NCBI GenBank assembly: GCA_026991575.1 | Contig: JALXBF010000133.1 | Span: 1 to 47,272 of the forward strand | DNA length: 47,272 bases | Origin: Planctomycetota bacterium | GTDB lineage: Bacteria; Planctomycetota; Planctomycetia; JALXBF01 | Reading direction: 5' to 3' | In this document: positions 1 to 9,524 of the stretch, piece after piece | How the letters are laid out: every line of letters begins with the position of its first letter | How positions within the stretch are numbered: position 1 is the first letter of the stretch | The notes under the pieces: generated by a model | What the model was told of the DNA's origin: nothing | What the model saw: the letters and a program-made list of their open reading frames with translations, nothing else | Databases searched by the model: none | Made by a program: the position numbers and the translations under genes

Positions 1-3
1 GCC

Positions 4-1176
4 TTAAGGCTCGAGGTCCTGGCCAAGAAGCTGCTTGTACAAGGCTTCTACGAAGTAGTACTCCCCCCAGGCAACCGACTCGTCAACCCCCAAGCCCTTC
101 GGCAAGTGGTAGACACCGTGTTTGAGGATACCTTCCCAAGCCGGGTCCTCGACCGCCAGGTATTGGGGAGCGCACAGCGCGGCCGTCAGTTGCGCGGCTG
201 CCGTCCGGTAGCGTGCTGCCAAGTCTCCAGCGACGAGATTGGCCAGGGTGTACAGCCCACTGGCCGCGATGGCTGCAGCGCTACTGTCCTTTGGCTCGTC
301 CGGTCGGTCTACCACTGCGAAATCCCACGGCGGAACCTGATCAGGGGGCAGATGGTTCAAGAAGTAGTCCGCGCAGCGACAGGCTACGTCCAGGAACTCT
401 GACTGCTCGCTGAGTCGGTAGCAGCGGGCAAAGCCGTACAGAGCCCACGCCTGCCCCCGGCTCCAGCAACTGTCCTCAGCGGCGCCTTGGTGCGTGCTGT
501 GCCGCACGAATTGACCGGTTTCCGGGTTAAACACCGCTTCGTGTGCGGTGGATCCATCGTCACGCACGAGATAGCGAGCCGAGGTGCGGCAGTGTTGTAG
601 CGCCCGCCGCCACAGCTCGTCAGCAGCCGCGGTCGGATCCATACCGGCGACGAACGTGCGTTCCGCTCCTCGGGGCAACCGTCCCTCGGACCGCAGCCAC
701 CGTGCTGCTGCAAAGACAATTGGTACATTCATCATGATGTCGATGAACAGCGAGTGAGCTCCGATGAACGAGGGGATGTAGCCCCCCTGAGACCGGTACC
801 TGCTGGCCAGGGTGATGCCGGCTACCACGGCACAGTCCGGCATGCGCCGCTGGTCCAACTGGGCCCAGCGCACGAAAGTTGGAATGAAGATGAACCCGAG
901 GTCGTGGACGGTGTCGTCGTACTGACGCTCACTGAGCGGTTCAGTGTAGCGGATGGCCAGCTCGCGCCAGCGCTCCCCGGCCCCGCCCGCGACAAACAAC
1001 CACATCATTCCGGGCAGGAACCCCTCACACCACCGCGTCCATGCTTCCGGTTCCTGCCCCCACCGACCGTCCACCGTGTACATGGGATAGTAGCCGGGCA
1101 GGCGTTCGACCAGGCGGAGGACCTGTTGCTGGGCGAATTGCCATGCCCGCTGCAGCGGTTCGCCCGACCCGTTCAT
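4..1176 (-). CDS. Glycoside hydrolase family 88 (unsaturated glucuronyl hydrolase-like)
   Basis: Motifs WCEGFLPGMMW, HDLGFIF, IDIMMN, WSRGQAWALYG, DSSAAAIAASGL, WGEYYFVEAL. Confidence 0.9.
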   Translation of the reverse strand: MNGSGEPLQRAWQFAQQQVLRLVERLPGYYPMYTVDGRWGQEPEAWTRWCEGFLPGMMWLFVAGGAGERWRELAIRYTEPLSERQYDDTVHDLGFIFIPTFVRWAQLDQRRMPDCAVVAGITLASRYRSQGGYIPSFIGAHSLFIDIMMNVPIVFAAARWLRSEGRLPRGAERTFVAGMDPTAAADELWRRALQHCRTSARYLVRDDGSTAHEAVFNPETGQFVRHSTHQGAAEDSCWSRGQAWALYGFARCYRLSEQSEFLDVACRCADYFLNHLPPDQVPPWDFAVVDRPDEPKDSSAAAIAASGLYTLANLVAGDLAARYRTAAAQLTAALCAPQYLAVEDPAWEGILKHGVYHLPKGLGVDESVAWGEYYFVEALYKQLLGQDLEP

Positions 1177-2100
1177 CGCTTCTAGCCTCGCAACAAGACG
1201 ATGCAGCCAGCTCCTCTTACACTGATGCGACTAATGGTACACGGTATGGCACAGTCGCACGTCAGATGATTGCTGCCCGGGGAGCGGTGCGTGCTGACGT
1301 CATGTGATCTGCCGGCTTCGTCCAGCGAGCTCCGAGCGCGGCAACAGTTACTTGCCTGTCCCAACCGTGTGCTCGGGCTCGTGGATCGTTAGCGGGGCCG
1401 TGCCCCAGCCCCCGCTGCTCGACGCCCACTAGGAGCTGAGCCCGACGCACTCTGCCGGCGTGTACGGAACGCGGTCCGTCGCGCTCGTTGCGTGAGCACC
1501 GCGCGGATGCGGGGGCCCGACACAGCCTGGCTGCAGCGGCGCACTGCGGGGCGTCAGCCCGGAGGAGTTCGGGCTGGCGGTCCGGGCTCCCGTCCCGCGG
1601 TGGTCCGTCAAACCTTCGTACCTCCAGCACAGTGCCGCAGCGGTCCCGACGGCCGCGCTGAGCTTTCTGACCCCGATGAGCAGACACCAGCGCCCACGGC
1701 CTCCGTCCCACCCACCGGCGGTCCGCTGCTTCAACCTCACAGTCGCAACACGACGACAATCCGTGGCAAAGCCATGCGGAACGTGGTCGATCCGGTGCCA
1801 AGGCGCCGGTTGATGAGATCGCGAGCCGTTTCGACCGGGCCTCGTACGCTCAATCGCGCACCGAAATCCGATGCTGCCATGTAACCGCACCAAGGCCGCG
1901 AAACAGCCGTTCGTTCTCCCCAGTTCTCAACGGGGGCTGGCCCTCGATGATGAGAACGCCACGGTCGCGCGGGCCGGACACGCCGTTTCCGGGTTCCTAT
2001 GGACTCCGGCGGGGCGGCGCGGCTGGCGTGGCTGTCCCGCCGGACAGGGCTCCGGACTAGCGGAGGTGTTTCCTTACGGACGTAGGCGGCGGCAGCTCGC

Positions 2101-3384
2101 TCAGCGGCGATACCCGGAAGGGGTAACTTTTTCGTCTGCTTTGACGTCGGCCGACACGACTGGGGCAGGCGCGACGACGACGATCAGCCCCGTGGCGTTT
2201 TCGTCCGTTCGGTCGCCAGGCCCTCCGACATAAGCCAGATAGCTGTGGTCCGGACTGCCAAGGGCAAGCTCTTCCTCGTCCCGGATCCGAAGGCTCAGTT
2301 GCTTGGTATCCATGCGCACGATGACCCCGTTGTTCTTCTCCAAATCGCCGGCTGGAGAGATGGTGCCGTCCGGAGCAACGGCCAGCTGGACCGCGTCGTT
2401 GCCGTCCTGGAGCGCTACGTCACGAGCCTGGACGCTGGCGAGCAGCCCGAGGCCGGTGAGTGCTTCGACACAACCATCGATCTCGCTGATCGCGAATGCC
2501 TGCGCCCCGGCAGCTCCGAGCCAGTTACGAATGGCGGCAACACATGCGTTGGCACTGGCCAGGTTTGCCAGTTCGGGTTTGTCGAGGAAGCCGGCGGCTA
2601 CGCGGTACGTCCTGAGCACGACCCGCACAGGCATAGTGCGGTCTTCATCCTCCTGATGTGCCACTGCCGGCACGGCCCGCGGAGTGTCGTCGGTCTGCTG
2701 CCGGTCCTCGGCGGCATGCTGCTCGAGGCGCTGTTGTTGTGCTACGGGCGCCGGCGCAGGCGTGGCGATCGCCACAGGGGGGGCCGGCGCTACGGACAGC
2801 GCCCTGGCTCGAGGCTCAGCAGGCTGTTCGCCCGTCTCGGCAAGCTCATGCTCAACGGACGGCACATCCAACTGTTCGACCAGGTAAGCGATAGCTCGTA
2901 GGGCGTCGCCCGAGCCGGCGGCTATCAATGTCCCGGTTGCCTGGTCCGCCTTGAGCTCAGCCGGCACCAACTCCAGCAGCTCGATAAGCGTGTGCACGTC
3001 CCTGTGTCGCACCCTGAACACGGCGACATACCGGTCTGCGGCCAGCCGCACCCACGGTTCGTCTGGCGGCGTCTGAACGGCTGGCTGACTGGCCGGCTCG
3101 GTTTGGTCCGGCTGCTCGGCGCCGACAGACGCGGTGTGGACGGGGACAACGGCAACCGGAGCGTCGGCCGGCTGAAGTGTCCCGACAATCTGGTGCGTGT
3201 CAGACTCACTGTTCTGCTGCGCCTGGCCTTCCGCTACAGGCTCCGGTGCGGGGGCCGGGCCGGCGAGCAGTTCCGGGTCGATGGGTTGCGGCGGTGTGGC
3301 ACGAGCCGATAGGAAGATGACATAGCCGATCAGCAGAAGGGCCAACATGGCTGCGATCGGGGCGAGCCGTTTGAGCAAGCGCAT
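2101..3384 (-). CDS. Hypothetical membrane-anchored protein with a secretin-N (NolW-like) domain
   Basis: ATG at 3384 follows GGAGG; N-terminal TM/signal (LAPIAAMLALLLIGYVIFL); Pro/Ala linker; VFRVRHRDV...ADQATGTLIAAGSGDALRAIAYLVEQLDVP resembles a NolW repeat. Confidence 0.6.
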   Translation of the reverse strand: MRLLKRLAPIAAMLALLLIGYVIFLSARATPPQPIDPELLAGPAPAPEPVAEGQAQQNSESDTHQIVGTLQPADAPVAVVPVHTASVGAEQPDQTEPASQPAVQTPPDEPWVRLAADRYVAVFRVRHRDVHTLIELLELVPAELKADQATGTLIAAGSGDALRAIAYLVEQLDVPSVEHELAETGEQPAEPRARALSVAPAPPVAIATPAPAPVAQQQRLEQHAAEDRQQTDDTPRAVPAVAHQEDEDRTMPVRVVLRTYRVAAGFLDKPELANLASANACVAAIRNWLGAAGAQAFAISEIDGCVEALTGLGLLASVQARDVALQDGNDAVQLAVAPDGTISPAGDLEKNNGVIVRMDTKQLSLRIRDEEELALGSPDHSYLAYVGGPGDRTDENATGLIVVVAPAPVVSADVKADEKVTPSGYRR

Positions 3385-3455
3385 CCTAAGCCTCCAACGG
3401 CGGTCTGCTGTTGGGGGGCACGCAGCCGGCCGCGGCGGTTCTGGGGCAAGCAGAA

Positions 3456-4679
3456 TCACTTGGGCTCGATGGCGAGCGTCATCGTGCTGTTGTCCGCCAC
3501 CGGAAACAGGGGCGCGTGCCGGTTCTGACCGAGGAAGCGTTGCCGCGCCCGCCCGCCGAGATTCCACTGGACCCCGGCCCACACGTTCCAGGTATCCGAC
3601 TCGAACGCGCTGTGACCGCCCACGGCGACGGTCCACGCGTCTGTCACGGGGTAAACCAGCCGCGCGCCGATTGCCGCACCCGACTGACTATTGCTTTCAT
3701 CGGCGTCGCTTTGACCGTCCCGCCAGCCGACCCACAGTTCGCTATCCAGGCCGACGTTCCAAAGGTGACGCCAGAAAATGTTCACCTGATTGGCAGTCTC
3801 CGCACGCGTTGCCGCGTTGATGTCGTCGTCCGAAACCCCGCCACTTCCCCAAACTCCCAGCTCGTTGCGAAAGTCCACCGTGTATGACACCTTGCCCCGC
3901 ACTTGAACGACCTGCACGTCGTAGAAACCGTCGTGCAGGAAGTCGGCAACGGCGCCGACGTTCCAGGCGGCACCCAGCTGCATGTCGCCGCGGTAGAAGA
4001 CACCGGCCGTGACGAAGATCTGCTCCTGATCCTCTGTTACCGATCCCGATGCCCCCGCCTGAACCCCTAAACCGACGTAATCGCTGACCAGAGGCGATGC
4101 CCAGTTAATCCCAAAGCGACCCGCATTGCGGAAGTCGTTCGCCGGCAACTCGAAGCCGTCGTAGTAGGCAAAGGCCCACGTGTTTGCAAACGGCACATAT
4201 TCGATCGGAAATGTCCCCGGCGCGCAGCGGCCGTCGTAACTGATGACCGGGCCGCAAGCCGATACGGCGGGCCGCAGCAGTCCACCGAGCCAGTGGTGCC
4301 ACGGCGGCTCTTCACTGCTGTAGTTCGGTCCAGTGGGGCCTGCAGCGAGCGGCGGACCAGATGGCGGTGGCGGCACAGTGGCCGAATCAGCCGGCGGTGA
4401 CGGCAGCGTCGCCGCGCCCGGTCGATCGGGCGCTTGCCTGGCTGGCCACTCCAGTAGGCCTGGGTCCGGTGCGTCCAAGCTCTGGAAACCGTACTCCGGG
4501 TCCTGGCCACGGATGAGCGTTTCGTCGGAGGGAGCCTCCGGGTACGGGGGCGGCGGCAATGCTTCATCACTGAGACGAATCGTTCGATGTGTCGTGCAGC
4601 CGGGCAGGAAAGCTGCCGATAAGAACGATACGGCGAGGAAGAGCCGAGCAAGCTGCCTGCCGCTGATGCGTCCCTGCAT
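3456..4679 (-). CDS. Planctomycete outer-membrane beta-barrel protein (DUF6666-like), possible lipoprotein
   Basis: Signal peptide ending FLPGC, Pro-rich linker, then alternating beta-strands (NAGRFGINWASPL, GLGVQAG, QIFVTAGVFYR, WNVWAGVQWNLG) and tail PLFPVADNSTM. Confidence 0.65.
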   Translation of the reverse strand: MQGRISGRQLARLFLAVSFLSAAFLPGCTTHRTIRLSDEALPPPPYPEAPSDETLIRGQDPEYGFQSLDAPDPGLLEWPARQAPDRPGAATLPSPPADSATVPPPPSGPPLAAGPTGPNYSSEEPPWHHWLGGLLRPAVSACGPVISYDGRCAPGTFPIEYVPFANTWAFAYYDGFELPANDFRNAGRFGINWASPLVSDYVGLGVQAGASGSVTEDQEQIFVTAGVFYRGDMQLGAAWNVGAVADFLHDGFYDVQVVQVRGKVSYTVDFRNELGVWGSGGVSDDDINAATRAETANQVNIFWRHLWNVGLDSELWVGWRDGQSDADESNSQSGAAIGARLVYPVTDAWTVAVGGHSAFESDTWNVWAGVQWNLGGRARQRFLGQNRHAPLFPVADNSTMTLAIEPK

Positions 4680-4962
4680 AAACGCTGCTCCCTATCAATG
4701 CCCGCTTGCGAGCGTAGTCGCTTGTGGTCAGTGCGATTATGGTCGCGAGCCGGCAAGCGTCAATGCCAATCCGGCTTCAGCTGCGACAGCAAACGGCCTT
4801 CGGCGCGGACCCACGCGGCAGGCTCATGATGTTGGCGATGCGCGCGCCACGCTACGCAGGAGCGCCGGACCATTGACCTGCCCGGAGGAATCCCTGTGGG
4901 AGCGGCACCACGGTCTCGTGCGGCGAACGCGTACGTCAGGCGGCGGCTGCCGGTTGGCGGGC

Positions 4963-5244
4963 TCAGCAGCAGTCTCTCGCACTGCGGGTGTCCTCCTCCC
5001 CTTGCCCGCCGGCCATTGGCGGGAAGATCGACAGCGTCTGGCCTTCGCTAAGCGGCTGGTCCAATTGTGGGCAGTGCTCGCCATCGATCATCACAATGCG
5101 AGCCATCTCCTCGGGGACCTGCAACTGCTTCAGCACGTCGCGCACGGTCGCCCCTTCGGGCAGTTCCAGTGTGGCCTGGCTGCCCGCGGCCCCTTCGGGC
5201 AGATACTTCCGTAGCGAGGCAAACAGCTTCACCTTCACCTGCAC
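4963..5244 (-). CDS. MoaD/ThiS family sulfur carrier with C-terminal extension
   Basis: VKVKLFASLR...LPEGATVRDVL...LSIFPPMAGG followed by QGEEDTRSARDCC; last gene of the AOR operon. Confidence 0.85.
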   Translation of the reverse strand: MQVKVKLFASLRKYLPEGAAGSQATLELPEGATVRDVLKQLQVPEEMARIVMIDGEHCPQLDQPLSEGQTLSIFPPMAGGQGEEDTRSARDCC

Positions 5245-5294
5245 AGCGGGCCTCCTGTTGTTTTGACTGAGTCGCGCGCCTGTGGAAGCGGTCG

Positions 5295-6695
5295 CTAGCT
5301 GTGCCCGAATACTTTCCGGTAGGCCTCCACGAATACCTTGTGGTGGGGGCCCTTATCCGTCTCGACGTCTGGCTCAGCCGGCAGGGGCCGCACACGTGGA
5401 TCGTCCGACGGCAACGGCAGCAACGTCCGCTTGAGCAGTCTTGTTGCCACTCCCAAGGCGACGTAAGGACGGCGCAGGTCCAGCGGATGAGTCTCCTTCA
5501 GGTAGGTCTTCCACTCACCCATGGCGATACCGGTTTGCACGAGCCCTTTGACCATACCGATGTCGGTCAAATTCATGATGTCGCCGGTTGGTCCCATGAG
5601 GATGCCGCCTACCATGCGGTCGCCGTCAAAGACGTACTTTCGATACAGAGGTCGCGCTGGATTCGCGAGCCGCACGATGTCGTCCTCACCATCCCAGCGG
5701 CCGAAGCTGGCGATTTGAAGGCCGCAAACGTCCAGCACGTTCATTGACAGCGACCCGTCGTAGCGGACGTCCTGGCCAGCCATGTTGGCTCCGGCCACGC
5801 GGCCGTGGTCGATTGCCGTGGGTTGGATTGCATGTACCTCCTTGCCTCCCAGCACACTCGGTCCCTGAGCGCAATCGCCCGCGGCGTAAATGAACGGGTA
5901 ATTGGTTTGCAGCCGCTCGTTAACCACAATGCCCTCGTCAACTTCAACGCCGCTGCCACGGACAAAGGCCACGTTGGGCCGAACGCCGGCGGCGATCACG
6001 ACGCAGTCGGCCGGGATCCGATCGCCTGCTGTTAGCTCCACGGCAAGCGCACCGTCATGTTGCAGAATCCGTGCTGCCTGGGTGCCACAGCGTACGTCGA
6101 CGCCGCGTTTTGCTAACCAGTCGGTGGCGAGCCGGGCGGCTTCGGCATCGAGCATGCGCGGCAGGATCTGGTCCATCATCTCGATGACCGTTAGCGAACA
6201 GCCCCGTTTGTACAGGGCGTTGAGCACGATCATGCCCACGAACCCGGCTCCGATAAACACCACTCGCTTGCCTTGGCCGGTGTGCTCGATCAGGCGGCGT
6301 GCATCCTCGATGGTCCAGAGGTTGGTCACGCCAGGCAGATCAAGCCCTTCGATAGGCGGTCGAACGGGCGACGAACCGGTGGCGATCAACAGCGTGTCGA
6401 AGTGGAGCGTCGTGCCGTCGGACAGCGTGACCGTCTTGCCGTCCGGATCGATCCGCTCGGCCCGCACGCCGATGTGCGGCGTCACGCCGAACTTCTGGAA
6501 CACATCGTCACCCCCAGTGTAAACGTGGCTCTCGGGGACATCGCCACAGATGTAGTAGGGCAGCACCATGCGAGCGTATGGGGGTTCGTCGCAGACCAGA
6601 TGGATCTCCGATCCTTCGGGCTCGAACCGCCGGATCGTCTCGATCGCGTGCATGCCGGCAGGCCCGGCTCCCACGATAACATGACGCTTGGCCAT
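5295..6695 (-). CDS. FAD-dependent NAD(P)H oxidoreductase (AorC-like subunit)
   Basis: GAGPAG FAD motif, LLIATGS, IGAGFVG NAD motif, TNYPFIYAAGD; adjacent to the AOR catalytic subunit. Confidence 0.9.
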   Translation of the reverse strand: MAKRHVIVGAGPAGMHAIETIRRFEPEGSEIHLVCDEPPYARMVLPYYICGDVPESHVYTGGDDVFQKFGVTPHIGVRAERIDPDGKTVTLSDGTTLHFDTLLIATGSSPVRPPIEGLDLPGVTNLWTIEDARRLIEHTGQGKRVVFIGAGFVGMIVLNALYKRGCSLTVIEMMDQILPRMLDAEAARLATDWLAKRGVDVRCGTQAARILQHDGALAVELTAGDRIPADCVVIAAGVRPNVAFVRGSGVEVDEGIVVNERLQTNYPFIYAAGDCAQGPSVLGGKEVHAIQPTAIDHGRVAGANMAGQDVRYDGSLSMNVLDVCGLQIASFGRWDGEDDIVRLANPARPLYRKYVFDGDRMVGGILMGPTGDIMNLTDIGMVKGLVQTGIAMGEWKTYLKETHPLDLRRPYVALGVATRLLKRTLLPLPSDDPRVRPLPAEPDVETDKGPHHKVFVEAYRKVFGHS

Positions 6696-6712
6696 GATGC
6701 TGTCCTCTCCCG

Positions 6713-8584
6713 TTAGCCAAAGACTTCTTCCAGATTCAGTTCACTCACCTTCGCGCTGGTTGGCGTGCCGGTTTCGTCCCAGCCGCGTAGCCGGTAGTAC
6801 TCCGGCAGCATCTCGTGCAATCGGTTGACCTGCCCTCTGCTCGGCCCGGCCGGAATCGGCGCGCGCAGCAGGCGGTCCGGCAGGGTGTCATCGGCGCCAG
6901 TGAAGCCGGCGCGCAGCAGCCAGAGCCGTTCCAGGTTGAAGATTCGCTCGCCGGCCCGAATCACTTCCTCCAGCGTGTAGTCCACGCCGGTGGCTGCGGC
7001 GAGCATGGGCACAAGGTCTTCCAGCTCGGCCCCGAACGACACGAACAGGCAGATACCGCTGGCGTCGATGCTGCTGGTTGCGTCTTGAAGCTTTTTCTGC
7101 AACGCTGCCTTGCCGGCCGTGGTGCGAGGATTCAGTTTCTCGGGGACGCCAAGGATTTCAGCCTTCACCGAGTATCCCTTCAGGTGGCAGCCGCCTCGAT
7201 TTGAGGTAGCGTAGCCGAGCCCCATGCCCTGAATGGCGCGAGCGTCGTAGGCGGGGAACTCCATTCCCTTGCTGCCCATAAACAGCTCTGGATGTCCGTA
7301 CCGTTCACACAAGCGTTTAGCTCCCTCGGCAAGCTGGTCGCCGAACCCGCGGCGCAAGGCAGTTGCCTCAGTGAATGCCACCAGTGCATCGGCATCGCCG
7401 AAGCAGAGCGGGCGCCCGGTGACGGAATCGTCCAGGTAGCCGCGCTCGTATAACTCCATGGCCGCCGCCAGTGTCGCGCCGAAGCTGATCGGGTCCATGC
7501 CGTAGTCGTTGCACAGGAAACTGGCCTTGAGCACCGCGTCCATGTCGTCGACGTTCGTATCGGCACCCAGCGCCCAGATGTTCTCGTACTCGGGCCCCTC
7601 CTCGGCAGCCCGCCAGTTCCGGGGCGACGTCAACACGGCGTGACGAACCCGGCCATCCTCTGAGACGCGGGTCACGCGGCCGCAGGCAATCGTGCAGGCA
7701 AAGCATGCTTTGTTCCGCAACGTGTAGCGTGCCTTCAGGGTCTCGCCGCTGATGCGCTCCGCGTCACTGCCGGTCTCGTCGGGAGCCATGTGCGCGAATT
7801 GCCAGTTCTTTACCGGCAGCGCGCCGGATTCATTGATCACGTGCACCAGCACAGCTGTCCCGAAACCAGGCAGCCCCTCGCCGGTCACCGGGCTGGCACG
7901 CAGCTTCTGGCGGAAACGCCACTGGGCGGCAAGGAACTCGGCCGGCCGAGCAATGGGCACCCCCCGTGTGCCCCAAACCGCAATCGCCTTCAGCCGCTTT
8001 GCGCCCATGACCGCACCGACCCCGTTGCGTCCAGCGGCGCGGTGGAGGTCGTTCATAATGGCGGCGAAACGAACAAGGTTCTCGCCCGCCTGGCCAATGC
8101 TTGCGATCCGGACCCCTGGCAGGCCCACCTCCTCCCGGATTCGCTCCTCAGTTTCCCAGACCCCCTTGCCCCAGAGATGCTCCGCGGATCGGACTTGGAC
8201 CTGGTCGTCGACGATCAGCAGGTACACGGGCCGCTGGGCCTGTCCCTCGATGATTAGCAGATCGTAGCCGGCGAACTTCAGGGCCGGTCCCCAGTGGCCG
8301 CCGGAATTGGACGTTGTGATCGTGCCGTTGAGCGGGGCCTTGGTGATCACCATGTAGCGGGCGCCGCAGGAGGCGCTGGTCCCCGTCAGCGGACCCGTGG
8401 CGAAGATAAGTTTGTTGTGCGGGCTGAATGGATCGATTGTCGGGTCAACTTCGGCACAGAAGTATCGGGCGCCCAAGCCCCGACCGCCGATGAACGCGCG
8501 GGCCCAATCCATGCGGAGCGGTTCCACCGTGCAGGAACCGTCTGAGAGGTTGACGCGCAGTAGCCGCCCGGCCCAACCACCCAT
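6713..8584 (-). CDS. aor: Tungsten aldehyde:ferredoxin oxidoreductase family catalytic subunit (AorB-like)
   Basis: IGGRGLG, SNSGGHWGPALKFAGYD, AAGRNGVGAVMGAKRLKAI, CFACTIAC, EGPEYE, CNDYGMDPIS, YATSNRGGCH, DASGICLF. Confidence 0.95.
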   Translation of the reverse strand: MGGWAGRLLRVNLSDGSCTVEPLRMDWARAFIGGRGLGARYFCAEVDPTIDPFSPHNKLIFATGPLTGTSASCGARYMVITKAPLNGTITTSNSGGHWGPALKFAGYDLLIIEGQAQRPVYLLIVDDQVQVRSAEHLWGKGVWETEERIREEVGLPGVRIASIGQAGENLVRFAAIMNDLHRAAGRNGVGAVMGAKRLKAIAVWGTRGVPIARPAEFLAAQWRFRQKLRASPVTGEGLPGFGTAVLVHVINESGALPVKNWQFAHMAPDETGSDAERISGETLKARYTLRNKACFACTIACGRVTRVSEDGRVRHAVLTSPRNWRAAEEGPEYENIWALGADTNVDDMDAVLKASFLCNDYGMDPISFGATLAAAMELYERGYLDDSVTGRPLCFGDADALVAFTEATALRRGFGDQLAEGAKRLCERYGHPELFMGSKGMEFPAYDARAIQGMGLGYATSNRGGCHLKGYSVKAEILGVPEKLNPRTTAGKAALQKKLQDATSSIDASGICLFVSFGAELEDLVPMLAAATGVDYTLEEVIRAGERIFNLERLWLLRAGFTGADDTLPDRLLRAPIPAGPSRGQVNRLHEMLPEYYRLRGWDETGTPTSAKVSELNLEEVFG

Positions 8585-8605
8585 GGCGATCCGCTCCTGA
8601 GCTTC

Positions 8606-9091
8606 TCAGGCTACGCCTTCGAGCATCTCCCGGAAACGCGCCGAGACTTGCTCGGCTAGCCGGCCGGTCCACTCTTCGCCGTTGGACGTTTCACCCACCG
8701 TGATGCACTCCGTGGGGCACGCCAGTGCACAGGCCGGCTCGCCACCGCACAGGTCACACTTGGTCGCTTTGTGGTCAGGCCGCAAGAACGCCGTCCCAAA
8801 CGGACATGCGATCACGCACAACGCACAGCCGACACAGACCTGCTCCAGAACAACCTTTGCTCCGGTAACAGGGTTGATCGCAATCGCATTCACCGGGCAG
8901 ACCGTCATGCACCACGCTTCGTTGCACTGGAAGCAGGTGTACGGCGTGTAGGCGGCTTGCTCGTCAAAGATGTGTACCTTGATCAGGGACGCAGCTGGAT
9001 TGAACCGCCCCGTTTGCACCCAGGAGCATGCCAGCTCGCACTGCATACAACCAGTACATTTATCCGGGTCGATTCGCAACGCTGTAGCCAT
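8606..9091 (-). CDS. 4Fe-4S polyferredoxin subunit (AorA/DmsB-like)
   Basis: ATG 9091 after AGGAGG; four Cys groups CTGCMQCELAC, CFQC..WCMTVCP, CVGCALCVIACP, KCDLC..PACALACP. Confidence 0.92.
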   Translation of the reverse strand: MATALRIDPDKCTGCMQCELACSWVQTGRFNPAASLIKVHIFDEQAAYTPYTCFQCNEAWCMTVCPVNAIAINPVTGAKVVLEQVCVGCALCVIACPFGTAFLRPDHKATKCDLCGGEPACALACPTECITVGETSNGEEWTGRLAEQVSARFREMLEGVA

Positions 9092-9119
9092 CGCGCCGAG
9101 CTCCTCCTGGAGTTCCGGT

Positions 9120-9389
9120 TCATGGTGCCGACGAGCCCGAATCGGCCGCTTCACCCGAGGAAGCAGACTGCTGCGGTTCCTCGGGCAGCGTAACGAAGCG
9201 GTCGGTAAACTGCAACCAGTAGCGACCGTCCACGAGCTTCAGCATGAGCTTCATGCCGTGGCATCGGGCGCATTCGTAGCCGGTCATGCCGTGCTCCATC
9301 GGCCCGCTGTAGCCGCAATCCGCACAACGGCCGAGTACTTTCTTGGCCTTCTTTTCGAAGTCGTGGTACGAAGGTACCGAGCCGATCAT
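9120..9389 (-). CDS. Small Zn-ribbon-like hypothetical protein
   Basis: ATG 9389 after AGGAG; CADC and CARCH pairs; ends 28 nt before the aorA start. Confidence 0.65.
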   Translation of the reverse strand: MIGSVPSYHDFEKKAKKVLGRCADCGYSGPMEHGMTGYECARCHGMKLMLKLVDGRYWLQFTDRFVTLPEEPQQSASSGEAADSGSSAP

Positions 9390-9431
9390 CGGCGGTCTCC
9401 TGGATCGATGCCGCTCGCGCAGCAGTAGCAC

Positions 9432-9460
9432 AGTGTACCGGAAGGACGCCTTGGTTTAAA
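9432..9460 (-). promoter_or_regulatory. Candidate sigma70-type promoter for the AOR operon
   Basis: Minus strand TTTAAA-17 nt-TACACT, about 40 nt upstream of the Zn-ribbon ATG, in a locally AT-rich patch. Confidence 0.35.
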
Positions 9461-9524
9461 GATATGGGGCGCGCGGGCGAAGGGGGAACCGGGACGGGCA
9501 GTTGGCAACGGCACACGCCGCGGC

